Numbered from the stretch's first letter, positions 51,441 to 62,413 are shown. The stretch: 64,000 nucleotides of DNA from Bdellovibrionota bacterium (GCA_050952645.1 JBMNLI010000017.1:1-64000), one strand, 5' to 3'. Notes: a model not told the origin generated them from the letters alone. Made by a program: numbers and translations.

Positions 51441-53681
51441 ATGATTAAGACGATAAAATCCTTTTTTTGCTTTATTTATAGCAAAATAAACACTAAATCT
51501 TGTTATTCCGTATTAAACACATTTTTAATAGGAGTTTTACTATCTCTCCTACTCTACGAAGATATAACATTTAATACCTTTAAACTCCAAGGGAAATATT
51601 TTTACTTAACTTTATTAGGCTCTATAACTTTACTTCCCTTTAGCCTTTATAAATCAAAATTTAGCATAGACCCCATAGGCTCTGCATTCGTGCTAATTAT
51701 TTTACTTTTCTCAAACGCTCTTAATAAACCTTATAATCTTTTAGCAGGCCCCGATATAAAAGGTGAAATAATACTATTTACAATACTTTTTTACACACTT
51801 TTAAAAATAAAAAAAACAAAATTCATATATACCCTTTTCATCCTCTCCCCTATTATCCTTTCGTGCATCTTTCTATATGAGGGACATAGGGGAATAGTTT
51901 GGTCGGATGATAATCCTACATTTATATATAGGCTTGAAGCTTTAAAAAAATTTTTCCCTAATATCCCATTTTATTACACTGGCTGGAACTCAGGGCTAGA
52001 TGCAAGGGACTTTTTCGCTACGGGTGCTTTAAATATTTTCTTTTTAGCATACCCGATAATAAAATTTTTAGATGTTCCTAGTAATTACAATATTATTATA
52101 GCTTATTTGCTTTTTATTATTCCTCCACTTTGCACGATACTCGCTTGTAAAATTTTAAAAAAAGATTTTAAATTTATTAGCATCGCAACTCTTCTTACGA
52201 TTACTAACTCTCTTGTTTGGTATCGCTGGACTCTAAAATACGGAACGCTAGGCTTTATAACTAGCGCAAGCTTATCTCCTCTAGTATTCGTGCTTACTCA
52301 AAAATTTTTAAGCAAAGATGAAAAATTAACTAATGGAGAAGCCATTTTGCTAGTCTTATCGACTACCCTTTTGCTTTTTTGGAGTGCAGCTGGGCTAGTG
52401 TTTATCCCTTGTATAATCTACGGGTTATTTTTTATAAAACGTATTTTCAGAAAAAAATATACAATTAAAATCATTTTAAGTTTACTGCTAATAAATATTC
52501 CTTGGATAGTTATCTTCTGGTCTGCCTCAAATGTTGGTAGTTTTATTAAAGTTGAAAAAGAAACTAAAAAAATTGAAAATGTAGCACTAGATAAAATGCC
52601 TAATAAAGCTTCGAGTAGTACGCTTAGCAATAATACACTTAGCAATAAAGAAAAATTAGTAAAAGCAAAAGTAAATAATATTACATTAGAAAGAGTGTTA
52701 AAGAATTTTAGAGAAACTTTCATCTCTATAAATCCTCTCATATATTTATTTACAATCCCTAGTATTTTTCTACTAAATGGCACTTACAGAGTTTTATATA
52801 TTTTAACATCGCTGTGGCTATTATTTTTAGGAACTGCCGTATCAGAACTAAAACCACAAATGGAATTCAACAGAATGTTAATCATATTAACTTTATTAAG
52901 CGTTATCCCTGCTACTAAAAGCATATGTAATATTTTAAAAAATAATTCTACTAATTTGCTAGTAAAAATTTCTAAAGCTCTTATCTTATCGGTCTTATTT
53001 GTAGGTATATTTTCAACTGGTAGCATTTTTAAAAATAGAACTCTTGAGAATTATCACCATAAAAATGAAAATGTCGATAACTTAATAACATTTTTAAAAG
53101 ATTATAAAACTACCGGGCGAGTGCTATTTGTAGGTTTTGTTCTTCACGAATATGGAGAAGGACATATTGCACCCACCCCATTTTTAACGGGCAAACAAAT
53201 GATAGCTTCTAGCCCATTTCACAATATTTGGAAATACACTGAGGTTATACCCATAGAGTTTTTAAGCAAAAACTATAATTACAATTTAATTAAACAATAT
53301 TTAGACTTACAAAACGTTGAACTTCTAGTCGCTCATGAAAGAAAATGGAAAGAATTTCTTTCTAATAATGAAAATTTTGAAGAAGTTTATGCATTTTATA
53401 ATTATAAAGTATATAGATATAAGAATTACGTTAACTCATATTTAATTTCAGGCAATCTGATTGATTTAAAAATTTATGATAACAAATTAGTTTTCACTCC
53501 GCTTACTAAAGAAGTAGTTTTAAAATTTAATTATTTTCCTTTTTTACAAACTAATAATTGTAAAATTACGGAGTTTAAACCTTCAAGATCTATAAAATTT
53601 ATAAAACTTTACGATTGTAATATAAATAAAGAAACCACTTTGGAAGCTAAAAACGCTTTTTTAAGAGTGCTAAACAACTAA
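51441..53681 (+). CDS. Polytopic membrane protein, GT-C glycosyltransferase-like
   Basis: More than 12 TM helices, a periplasmic loop with an acidic pair (WSDDNP...YYTGWNSG), and a C-terminal soluble domain. Confidence 0.55.
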   Translation: MIKTIKSFFCFIYSKINTKSCYSVLNTFLIGVLLSLLLYEDITFNTFKLQGKYFYLTLLGSITLLPFSLYKSKFSIDPIGSAFVLIILLFSNALNKPYNLLAGPDIKGEIILFTILFYTLLKIKKTKFIYTLFILSPIILSCIFLYEGHRGIVWSDDNPTFIYRLEALKKFFPNIPFYYTGWNSGLDARDFFATGALNIFFLAYPIIKFLDVPSNYNIIIAYLLFIIPPLCTILACKILKKDFKFISIATLLTITNSLVWYRWTLKYGTLGFITSASLSPLVFVLTQKFLSKDEKLTNGEAILLVLSTTLLLFWSAAGLVFIPCIIYGLFFIKRIFRKKYTIKIILSLLLINIPWIVIFWSASNVGSFIKVEKETKKIENVALDKMPNKASSSTLSNNTLSNKEKLVKAKVNNITLERVLKNFRETFISINPLIYLFTIPSIFLLNGTYRVLYILTSLWLLFLGTAVSELKPQMEFNRMLIILTLLSVIPATKSICNILKNNSTNLLVKISKALILSVLFVGIFSTGSIFKNRTLENYHHKNENVDNLITFLKDYKTTGRVLFVGFVLHEYGEGHIAPTPFLTGKQMIASSPFHNIWKYTEVIPIEFLSKNYNYNLIKQYLDLQNVELLVAHERKWKEFLSNNENFEEVYAFYNYKVYRYKNYVNSYLISGNLIDLKIYDNKLVFTPLTKEVVLKFNYFPFLQTNNCKITEFKPSRSIKFIKLYDCNINKETTLEAKNAFLRVLNN

Positions 53682-53703
53682 TAAATATAAAATAAATATT
53701 AAA

Positions 53704-55630
53704 ATGAATAATAAAACAAATAATAATATAAGCGATAACATGAGTAAAAAACAGACAAATAAAAATATAAGTTTTTTAATGATAGCCTTAAAGGCTCTAT
53801 TTTTTGCAGTATTTATAGCTATATTTTATATAGCGATTAAATCTTACACTACAGATAGTTCATTAGAGTTTTTATATAGGCAAGGAGAAATAACCTCTAA
53901 CGTTTGGCGTTTTTTACTCGATTACACGTCAAACTCTTTTTACTCTTGGAGATTTTATAGTAAGCTTTTTAAATTTACATTATTTATTTCTAATGTATTT
54001 TCTATAAATTTTAATACCTGCTTTTACTATATAAACTTATCGTTATTTTTTATTTTCCTTATTCCACTAATAAAACTATTAAATAAGAATTTAAATTTGG
54101 CTACTTCGAGTTTTTTATCATTAAATTTTGTAGTGATGATAATGCTTTTTTTCGGCAATAAAACTTTCTTAATAAGTAGCATTACATTTTTACCATTATT
54201 TATATTCTCATTATTATCGCTATATAAATATAAAGACGAAAAACACGTAATTTTAAATACCCTACTTTTTATATTATCAACGATACTACTAGTAAGGTCG
54301 GCCTACGGGCTATCGTTTTTTTTACATTATTTTCTCTTGCCTAATTTTGCTTTGCCTAACTAGCACTAATACTGCTACTAATGATACTACTAATACCAAT
54401 ACTACTACTAATAATAATACTTATTTAAGAATTGCTAATTTTTTACTAATATTAAGTTTTTGTTATGCCCTTTATTACATTACTTTCTCTGTGCCTTACT
54501 TACCTTCATTTAATTTTCCGTGGTATGCAACTGTAGTTAAAGACGATGGGCTTCTTGGAGTTTTAAGACCTCTTCTTATTGAAAGTAGCCAAATACCTTT
54601 CGTAGATGAAATGAAAGAAAAGAAATTATATGCCCCTTTTCTCCTTTTTCTTTCGTTATATATTTTATTCGTTATCGCTAGATATCTTAAATCTAATGTA
54701 AGCGAAAACAAATATCTTTCTTATTTACTTATATTCTTTCTACTATCTTTTTTAATCGAATGTTTTTTACCTATAAACATTTCTATTATAATGCCATTTA
54801 AGGCCATTTGGCGAACTGTGCCTAGTATTTATACTTTTTCGTTATACCCAATATTTTTATTTTTTATATTATTTACTTTTTTTATTTTTACTATTTTAAA
54901 TTTAAAAAATTTCATATTTATTTATTTATTAAATATTATTTTATCTGTACTCGTTTCTTTTAATAACTTTAAGCCTCTACTTATAAGTGATACTGCAACG
55001 AATTTTATGAGTAATGTTATAAAAGGAGATTTATTAAACTCAGAGTTTAAAAATATAATTCTATCTCCTAGTTCATCGACTATAAAAGCACTAGGATTTC
55101 AATATTTAACTAAAAAGGATATAGTTTTTAATAAAAGAATGCAAAGAAACATAAAAATATTAAACCCTACATTATCTTCTAACTATGGAGAAAACACTTT
55201 AAAACAAATCTTAGATAGAAATCCGAAAAGTCGCTACTCAACATTGAAAACTAGGCAAGATGGAGATGAGTGGATAAAAATAAGTCTTCCTAAATCTTAC
55301 AGCATTCATGGCGTTATACTCGATACGGGAGATTATAGAACCGATTTTCCGACCTCTATTTTAATAACTACTTGTGATGATAAAAAAATAGCAGAGCAAG
55401 TAAACTTAGGTCAGATTGAATACACGAGCTTAGGCTACCCTTATTACGGCGGTCAAAGCAATATGAAAATAGTTTTTGAAGATATCGTAAAGACGGATTG
55501 TATAAAAATATACCAAACGGGCAAAAATAAACATTACGAATGGTCCATAGCTAAAATAAAATTTATTCTTCCAGATATGGAAAGAAAGAAAAATAAAAAA
55601 GATAAAGAAAAAAATAAGAAAGAAAAATAA
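53704..55630 (+). CDS. Polytopic membrane protein with C-terminal discoidin (F5/8 type C)-like domain; split by one extra T
   Basis: ORFs 53704..54363 and 54347..55630 join if one T is removed from the T8 run at 54316-54323. C-terminus has LDRNPKSRYST...EWIKISL...WSIAKI. Confidence 0.65.
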
Positions 55631-55655
55631 AAGAAATATCCCCTTTTTCTAAGTC

Positions 55656-58058
55656 TTAACTCTTAGGTCTTTTAAATGATGATACTACGCCTTTAACTCT
55701 AGACTTAGAAGATGAAGTTAATTTAAATTTTCCCTTGCTTTCTTTTTGTTCTTCAGGTTTTGATTTTTTATCGTTTTTATTTTGACTATCTTTATTATCA
55801 TTATCTTTATTATTATCTTTATTATTATCTTTATTATTATCTTTACTATTATCTTTTTTATTATCTTTATTTTTATTCGATTTTGCTACACTTACAACCG
55901 TTACGCTTTCTTTAACTTCATCATTTTCAGGATAACTTTCAGGATAACTTCCAAAATTATCTGTAATATCTTTAGAAGAAGGAGCCTCTTTAAAATTTTC
56001 ATTATTAGCACTTGCTACTCTAGTAACGTTTCCTTGAAATTTAATCCCTCCTACTAATCCACGCTTAAAACTCGTCTCAGATAAATTTACTGTTTTCTCC
56101 GTTTGTTTCCTTGTTCTATTTTGAGAAGCTTTAGGTTTATCGCTACTACTGCTGCCCCCACTACTCCCCTTATCTTTCTTTTCTTTATTAGTATTTCTTG
56201 AAGGTTTTTTGCTTCTCTCTTGATTATCGCTACTTTCTAACTCTAAGTCTGCCTGTTCTAATGAATAAATTTTTTCATCTACCCATTCTGCTAAACCTAT
56301 CTCATCATTTTCTATTTTTTCAAATTGATTGATGTACTCTCTTCCCTCCCAAGTAGGTGGAAGTTCAGCATTAAACCAAAACGAACGCCCTTTAACTATT
56401 TCTCCATTTCCTAAATCGAAATATGCTAAACCTTTTTCAGCAGACATCTCGTGTTTTAACTCTTCTGCGCTTACTAAATCAGTTTCAGCTTCAGTTATAC
56501 TATAATTTTGAGACTCTCCTCCGCTTTCCTTTACACCAAACCCAGAACTCGCAACGCTAGAGGAAACTCCACTTCCGATAGATCTTTTAACCGTAGTAAT
56601 TTTACCTATCCAGTTAGACATATCATCGGCAGTTTGATTATCTCCTAAACGCATCATAACTTTTAAGTTTACGTTTGCCATAACACGCTCATAAAATGAT
56701 TGGCTAAGCCCGAGAGAGTTATCCATTAAACCACCAGTCGATTGCGCCCCGAATATAAGAGAAAATCTTCCTTTTCTTGCTAGCTCAAATAAGTTTGCCC
56801 AAGTAGGACCAAATGTTGAGGAGCCCTCATCTATAATAACTAAGTGTGGGTCTTCTAAGTGATGTTGCCTAGATGATGTAATTTCACCTATGGACACCTC
56901 TAAATCCTCTCTAAAAAGTTTTACCATTCTCGCAGCACTTTCTGCATCTTCAAGTCTTGGAAGCATAAAATATATAAGTTTTCCTCTTAAAATTGCGTCC
57001 GTTAAATTTAAGTCGGTATAATTAGTGCAAAATATCCCTCCCATAGAAGAACCGCTTATCGCATGAAGCTCAGATGAGATACCTCTTAAGTTATCAGTAA
57101 TTTTTGAAGTATCGAGTATTCCTTTTTTATCTCTATAACTTGTGGCTAAGTGGCCTAACTCGACTACTGCCTGTTTCGCACCTATTTTTTCAAGCATAGC
57201 CTTTAAGTGAGGATACGCTAAATTAAAAGCTGAAAGTGCCATGGCAACATCTTTTATAGACCAAGCAAGCCCGAAGCTTTCTAGAGCTCTAATCATTCTA
57301 TTGATCGAGTCGGAAGCTAGCCTATCGTAGTGCTTAGTGGCGCTTTGATCTGATGTTGGCGGAAGCCCAGCACGGAGAACTTTTCTTGCCTTTACATCTG
57401 CTCTTTGATTCGTTAGCACAAAATTATATGAGTGAATAGTATCGAAAGGATCGATAACTATTAAATCTTCTATCCTTCCAGTTATTAGCGCCATTAAAAT
57501 AATATCTGCTAAAACTCCCGAGTCACGCTTTGCATCTATAAATGTAAAACCGCTAGCTCTTCCTCTAGCCATTTGTTGAAACATTAAGGATTCTACCCAA
57601 AGAGTTTTACCAACGCCAGTTTTAGCAAATACGCACCCGTGGCTACACATATCATTATCGCTTAACCACAAAGGCTCTCCAGAGTCTAAACTAAAACCTA
57701 CTAAATATTTATCTATTATTTTCTTTCCTTTCGCTCTCGCCTCATCTAGCGCTATTTTAAAGCAATTCCTTTCAGGGGGCATTCCTAAAACATCTCTTCC
57801 CCCTCTTAAAATTACTTCACTTTCTCTATGTCGCTCTACGGCGTAATCTGTTGCTATCTCTTTAACTATGTTACAATAAAAAAATACGGGTAGAAAAGAG
57901 CCAATTAAAAATAAAACGAACGCATTTATTCCTTCCCATATAGGCAATAAAACTATAATAATTAAAATAATAGTTGCAAAAACTGCTCGTTTTATAAGCG
58001 TATCTCGCAAGTGTTCTTTCTTTTCATCGTATGTTATCTTATCGTACTGCCTAGCCAT
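55656..58058 (-). CDS. Type IV coupling protein (TraD/VirD4 superfamily, DotL/IcmO-like)
   Basis: Two N-terminal TM helices; LWLSDNDMCSHGCVFAKTGVGKT Walker A, SGFTFIDAK, IIDE Walker B, ELARK..FSLIFGAQS and ANVNLKVMMRLGD. Confidence 0.9.
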   Translation of the reverse strand: MARQYDKITYDEKKEHLRDTLIKRAVFATIILIIIVLLPIWEGINAFVLFLIGSFLPVFFYCNIVKEIATDYAVERHRESEVILRGGRDVLGMPPERNCFKIALDEARAKGKKIIDKYLVGFSLDSGEPLWLSDNDMCSHGCVFAKTGVGKTLWVESLMFQQMARGRASGFTFIDAKRDSGVLADIILMALITGRIEDLIVIDPFDTIHSYNFVLTNQRADVKARKVLRAGLPPTSDQSATKHYDRLASDSINRMIRALESFGLAWSIKDVAMALSAFNLAYPHLKAMLEKIGAKQAVVELGHLATSYRDKKGILDTSKITDNLRGISSELHAISGSSMGGIFCTNYTDLNLTDAILRGKLIYFMLPRLEDAESAARMVKLFREDLEVSIGEITSSRQHHLEDPHLVIIDEGSSTFGPTWANLFELARKGRFSLIFGAQSTGGLMDNSLGLSQSFYERVMANVNLKVMMRLGDNQTADDMSNWIGKITTVKRSIGSGVSSSVASSGFGVKESGGESQNYSITEAETDLVSAEELKHEMSAEKGLAYFDLGNGEIVKGRSFWFNAELPPTWEGREYINQFEKIENDEIGLAEWVDEKIYSLEQADLELESSDNQERSKKPSRNTNKEKKDKGSSGGSSSSDKPKASQNRTRKQTEKTVNLSETSFKRGLVGGIKFQGNVTRVASANNENFKEAPSSKDITDNFGSYPESYPENDEVKESVTVVSVAKSNKNKDNKKDNSKDNNKDNNKDNNKDNDNKDSQNKNDKKSKPEEQKESKGKFKLTSSSKSRVKGVVSSFKRPKS

Positions 58059-58098
58059 TTAATTTTTTTATATTCTAAACCTTTAAATTTATATTTAT

Positions 58099-60009
58099 TT
58101 AATTTACATCTATCTTCATTTCAGTTGCTTTAGTAATTACTACTCTTTTTACTTTCTCTATCTCATCTGCCCATCTTATGCCTAGAAAATCTACAAGCTT
58201 AGAGGTTCTAAATAAAACTACTCCAGCAACATCTTTTATTTCATCTTCGTTAGTTAAAAATTTACAATCTATTACAGCATTATAAGGAACGTATCTATCC
58301 GATACCATTTTTCCAAGCCAGCTAAATGAATTTAAACAAGAGCGTAAATTTTGCCATACCTTTACATCGCTCTCATTGGGTAGAAATTTTAGCATTTCTT
58401 CTTTCGTTTCTTCAGAAAATTCTTTTAAAAATAAATTATTATCATCAGATAAAGTTTTTTGCTCTACTAAAGATAGTAGATTATCAGTTTCCCTTTTATT
58501 GTATACACGTTTTATAAGCTCTGTCATTTCTATTAAATCATTTTTCATCGCATCATTTAACAAACTAACTATAATCTCAATTTTAACGAACAATTGTCCG
58601 CTCTCTGTAGTATAAAAATTATCTTTAAGAGCATCGCTATTTTCTATATGTTCTACAAATATTTTAGTCCAAGCTTTATGAATTTCTGTGGATTTTGCAA
58701 AAAACAAAAGTTCATCGATAGCGTCATCGATTTCATCAAAGTGTAGTATTAGCTCTAGCCATTGCCTTAGAGTATAAGATTGGATATTCATTTTAAGTGG
58801 CATTCTAATTTCTAGAAAATCACTCTTTCTTTCTGCAAACACTATCGCCTTTCTTATCATTTCTCGCTCATCAAATGAATATTCGTCGCCATAATCTGGG
58901 CAAGAGTGGAGCACTGCCCGAGCGCAAAGATGCGGATAATTAGAGTGGCTTGCCCATCTATTTTTTGCGATATGATCGTATGCTAAAATTCTTCCCGCTT
59001 CTAGAGCCATAATTGCAGTTCCAATGCTTTTAGGGGAAATATTTTTTAATGCGTCTTTCATATTTTCAGTTAAAGAATTTATCATATTTACTTTTCTTTT
59101 GTTATCTTTAGGCACTCCTATATTTTTATTTCCATTATTAGATTTGTTTTCGCTTAAATTATCTTGATTTAAACTTGCTTGAATTTCAAAAGCACTTTTT
59201 AAAAATTCATAAGTATCTTCAAATAAATTCCCTTTCCCTTCTCCATCATCTATACTTGTAGGATAATTGTAATAGTGAAGAATAATAGAAGCTAAATATT
59301 TATTAGTTAAATTGCTAGCATTGTATCTCTCTAAGAGCACACAAAAAACAGACTTGTTATAAAACGTATCAGATACTTTCTCTAAGCAAGTAAGCCCAGG
59401 GACGTGGAGTGTTGGATTGCCATTTTTATCGCATTTTTTAATATCTGCCCTAGCACCAGAATAGAACAAGCGACCATTTCCAGAAACTCCTAGAAAATCT
59501 TTTGCCTTATATGGTTTTACATTTAATGTAGCGCGCACTGCAGCGTATATAACACATACTGCCCAAACTTTCCAACATGCAAGCATTACAAAAATTATTT
59601 GCAAAATAGAATTTGATATAATCACAAACGATGAAATTAGCAACGGGGATGATGGGAATATTTTACATATAGATAGAAATAAATTAAATATAAAAAGCGA
59701 AATTAAAGAAAAAAACGAAAGCTCTCCTTTAGTGCCGAACTTTGAAAGCCAAATATAGTATTTTTCAAATGAATCAACGATTGAAATATTTTTCCCTATC
59801 TCTTGTATTTCATGTAGGCTATCGAAAGCCTTGTTTATAATATTAGTAGTATTTGAGAATAAAGGTAATAATTCTATAACGAATATTAAAACTGCAAAAA
59901 AAGCTAAAAATATATACGAATAGTATGTAGACTTTTTCTCGTCCATAAGAGAAACAATATCTTTTGTCTCTGCATCATACTTGATATTTTTAACCATAAA
60001 AAACGACAC
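58099..60009 (-). CDS. Membrane protein co-transcribed with the coupling protein, possibly DotM/IcmP-like
   Basis: About three N-terminal TM helices, a large helical cytoplasmic domain with FSWL near the C-terminus, and position immediately upstream of the T4CP. Confidence 0.45.
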   Translation of the reverse strand: MSFFMVKNIKYDAETKDIVSLMDEKKSTYYSYIFLAFFAVLIFVIELLPLFSNTTNIINKAFDSLHEIQEIGKNISIVDSFEKYYIWLSKFGTKGELSFFSLISLFIFNLFLSICKIFPSSPLLISSFVIISNSILQIIFVMLACWKVWAVCVIYAAVRATLNVKPYKAKDFLGVSGNGRLFYSGARADIKKCDKNGNPTLHVPGLTCLEKVSDTFYNKSVFCVLLERYNASNLTNKYLASIILHYYNYPTSIDDGEGKGNLFEDTYEFLKSAFEIQASLNQDNLSENKSNNGNKNIGVPKDNKRKVNMINSLTENMKDALKNISPKSIGTAIMALEAGRILAYDHIAKNRWASHSNYPHLCARAVLHSCPDYGDEYSFDEREMIRKAIVFAERKSDFLEIRMPLKMNIQSYTLRQWLELILHFDEIDDAIDELLFFAKSTEIHKAWTKIFVEHIENSDALKDNFYTTESGQLFVKIEIIVSLLNDAMKNDLIEMTELIKRVYNKRETDNLLSLVEQKTLSDDNNLFLKEFSEETKEEMLKFLPNESDVKVWQNLRSCLNSFSWLGKMVSDRYVPYNAVIDCKFLTNEDEIKDVAGVVLFRTSKLVDFLGIRWADEIEKVKRVVITKATEMKIDVN

Positions 60010-60630
60010 CTAAATACATTTAAATTATAGATAATAACAAGTTTAGCACAAAAAGTCTTCTTATATCAAAAAATTTTTAAAAAGACCTATTTTCTTCTAT
60101 TTGTTATTACTTGTATAAGATATCGGATTTTTATAAAATAAAATAAATACGTTATTTAAAATAAAAATATGGCTTATCTTAGTTTTCTTATTGTTGTTTA
60201 AACTTTGTTGTTTAAACTCTAAGCTCAAGTTTTGTATCTCAATATTAAAAAGAGTTTAAGCTGCCTTAAAACGTGGAGAGTTAGAAATATCTATAACAGC
60301 GTTTTATACATCTATCTTATATTCTACTTGTGGTACATAAGTAATTTTATATAATAAAATCAATTTGTTATAGCTAATATATTTAACAAAAAACTCCTAA
60401 GTTAGTACCACTCGTTTAGAAAAAATTAAGATATTAAAAAATATTAAAAAGGTAGAAGCAAAATAGCCTCGCACGCTGATAAAGATTATGATGAATTTCT
60501 AAGCAAAATTCTATCAAGGTTTTGTAAAAAATGTACGAACATTACATTACAAGATTTTTTATTTAAAAATGGAGTTCTTATATAAGTAAATATAAAAATA
60601 AAGCGAAAAACTATTATAGTTTACATTATA

Positions 60631-60685
60631 ATTTATGAATAATTTATGAATAATTTACAAATAATTTATGAATAATTTATAAAAT
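60631..60685. repeat. 11-bp tandem repeat x5 (atttatgaata)
   Basis: Read directly from the sequence. Confidence 0.8.
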
Positions 60686-60745
60686 TTTAGCTATAATTAA
60701 AAATTTATTATTAAGGAACACCTGTGCGAAAAGGAGAATTTTTGT

Positions 60746-61135
60746 ATGAGACTTAAGGTATTTAATTTATTGGTTGCAACTTTGTTATTTTTATCAACGT
60801 TATTTATATCAACATTATTTATATCAACTTTTTTATCAGCAAATGCATTCGCAGATAATGCACCTTTCATAGAACAAGCAACTGATGCTCAAGTTAAAAA
60901 ATCGCAAGGTCATTACGCTAGAGCACGTTCGCTCCTTATTGCAGCAATAAACGAATTCGATAGAGGCACTAGCGTTGCAAACCCAGAGTCACTACTAGAT
61001 GTAAGCAGATTCCGCTCTACTTTAATAGATAGAGCAGAAGAGCTAGAAAGAATTTTAGACCCACAACCTAGAACTTCTAAAGAGGGAGTTAGATTCTCGC
61101 CTGATACTAGGCTATTAGGTGAGGCTGTAAATTAA
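60746..61135 (+). CDS. Exported hypothetical helical protein, first gene of the tra-like operon
   Basis: AAGGAG RBS, signal peptide ending ANAFA, hydrophilic mature part. Confidence 0.75.
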   Translation: MRLKVFNLLVATLLFLSTLFISTLFISTFLSANAFADNAPFIEQATDAQVKKSQGHYARARSLLIAAINEFDRGTSVANPESLLDVSRFRSTLIDRAEELERILDPQPRTSKEGVRFSPDTRLLGEAVN

Positions 61136-61259
61136 GATGGCTAAATTTAAAATGGCTGAATTTAAGATGGCTAAAATTAAGATGATTAGGTTTAATAAAA
61201 TAATTAAAAATGATACTAAAAACGATATTAAAAACGATATTAAAAACTAAGGAGTGTTA

Positions 61260-61664
61260 ATGGATAATGGAGAGGTTATTCCAAATTTAGATAAGCCTTG
61301 GGAGTTCTTAATGGCAAGAATTCACGAATGGCTTTCAGGAATGATATTCGCTTTAATAGTTAATGAGATTTTTCTAACGGACGCCATAAATGCGATGCCT
61401 CTTATCTTTGGAATTATGGTTCTCTCTACTTATGGATTAGCAAGCGCAAGATTAAAATTTCCAGATGGGACAAGGGGCTTTGTAAATTGGTGCTCAGTAA
61501 AAATAGTTGGAAAAGCACCAAATAGCATTCCTGCCCCTAGCGAGTTGCAACCAGTTTGGAGCGGTGCTCCCGTAAGAAGAATGAAGGAAAACACTTTGTT
61601 TATGCAGTTAGGGTTTGATGAGTTTTTTTTAGAAAAGAAAAAACAAAAAATGACAGATAATTAA
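61260..61664 (+). CDS. traL: TraL-like (VirB3-like) T4SS inner-membrane protein
   Basis: IPNLDKPWEFL plus two TM helices; position before traE. AAGGAG RBS favours ATG 61260. Confidence 0.6.
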   Translation: MDNGEVIPNLDKPWEFLMARIHEWLSGMIFALIVNEIFLTDAINAMPLIFGIMVLSTYGLASARLKFPDGTRGFVNWCSVKIVGKAPNSIPAPSELQPVWSGAPVRRMKENTLFMQLGFDEFFLEKKKQKMTDN

Positions 61665-61677
61665 GGAAGGTTATAAA

Positions 61678-62337
61678 ATGGCAAATTTAAGAGAAAAAAG
61701 TCAAAAAGTTTTAGATAAAGCTAACGTTCAACCTCATAGAAAAGGGGATGACACTATAAGAATATGGGAAGGATATAGACAACAGGCAGTAATGTGGAGA
61801 GCACTATCTATTATACAGCTTCTTGCTACTACTGCTATCTCTATCTTATGTATTATATTATGGCAAACTCGCCAAATCACATTAAAAGTCCCACAAAGAC
61901 CAGTCCCTGGGCAATATAACACGCAAGAAATTCCTGATGCAGATTTTGTCGAAGCTGCAAACTCATTTGTAAGTTTAATAGCAACATTTCAACCATATAC
62001 ATCGGAAGAGCAATTTAAAAGAGCAGCAGCTTTAATCCATAGCAATCTTTTAGAAAGATTTACAGATGAGTTTTTAGACAATGAGTTAAAGGCGATAAAT
62101 GCTACATCTCTTTCACAAGTATTTTTTGTCGACCCATCGAAAACTACCATTGAAAGGTTTAGCAATAATACTGTAAGAGTAACTTTATACGGAGTAAGAC
62201 ATAAATATATAGGCGGTAGAGAGATAGAGCCAGTTAAGTCTAAGTATGTAGTTATTTTAACTACACTTCCTAGAAACGATCTTAATCCTTTAGGAATTGT
62301 AGTTACGGATGTAATTTTAGAAAAGGTGCAGAATTAA
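61678..62337 (+). CDS. traE: TraE/VirB8-like T4SS protein
   Basis: Single TM helix, then an NTF2-like periplasmic domain (TFQPYT...SQVFF...NPLGIVVTD). Confidence 0.7.
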   Translation: MANLREKSQKVLDKANVQPHRKGDDTIRIWEGYRQQAVMWRALSIIQLLATTAISILCIILWQTRQITLKVPQRPVPGQYNTQEIPDADFVEAANSFVSLIATFQPYTSEEQFKRAAALIHSNLLERFTDEFLDNELKAINATSLSQVFFVDPSKTTIERFSNNTVRVTLYGVRHKYIGGREIEPVKSKYVVILTTLPRNDLNPLGIVVTDVILEKVQN

Positions 62338-62413
62338 AAAAAATTATATAAACGATTTTAAAAGTAATTATTTTAAAGTAATTATTTAAAAATAATTAAG
62401 AGAGATAAAAACT

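Noticed and set aside
60010..60745. oriT in the divergent T4SS spacer (imperfect palindrome tacttgtg-gta-cataagta at 60325-60343)
   Set aside because: No recognisable nic site, no relaxase in the window, and the palindrome is short enough to arise by chance.
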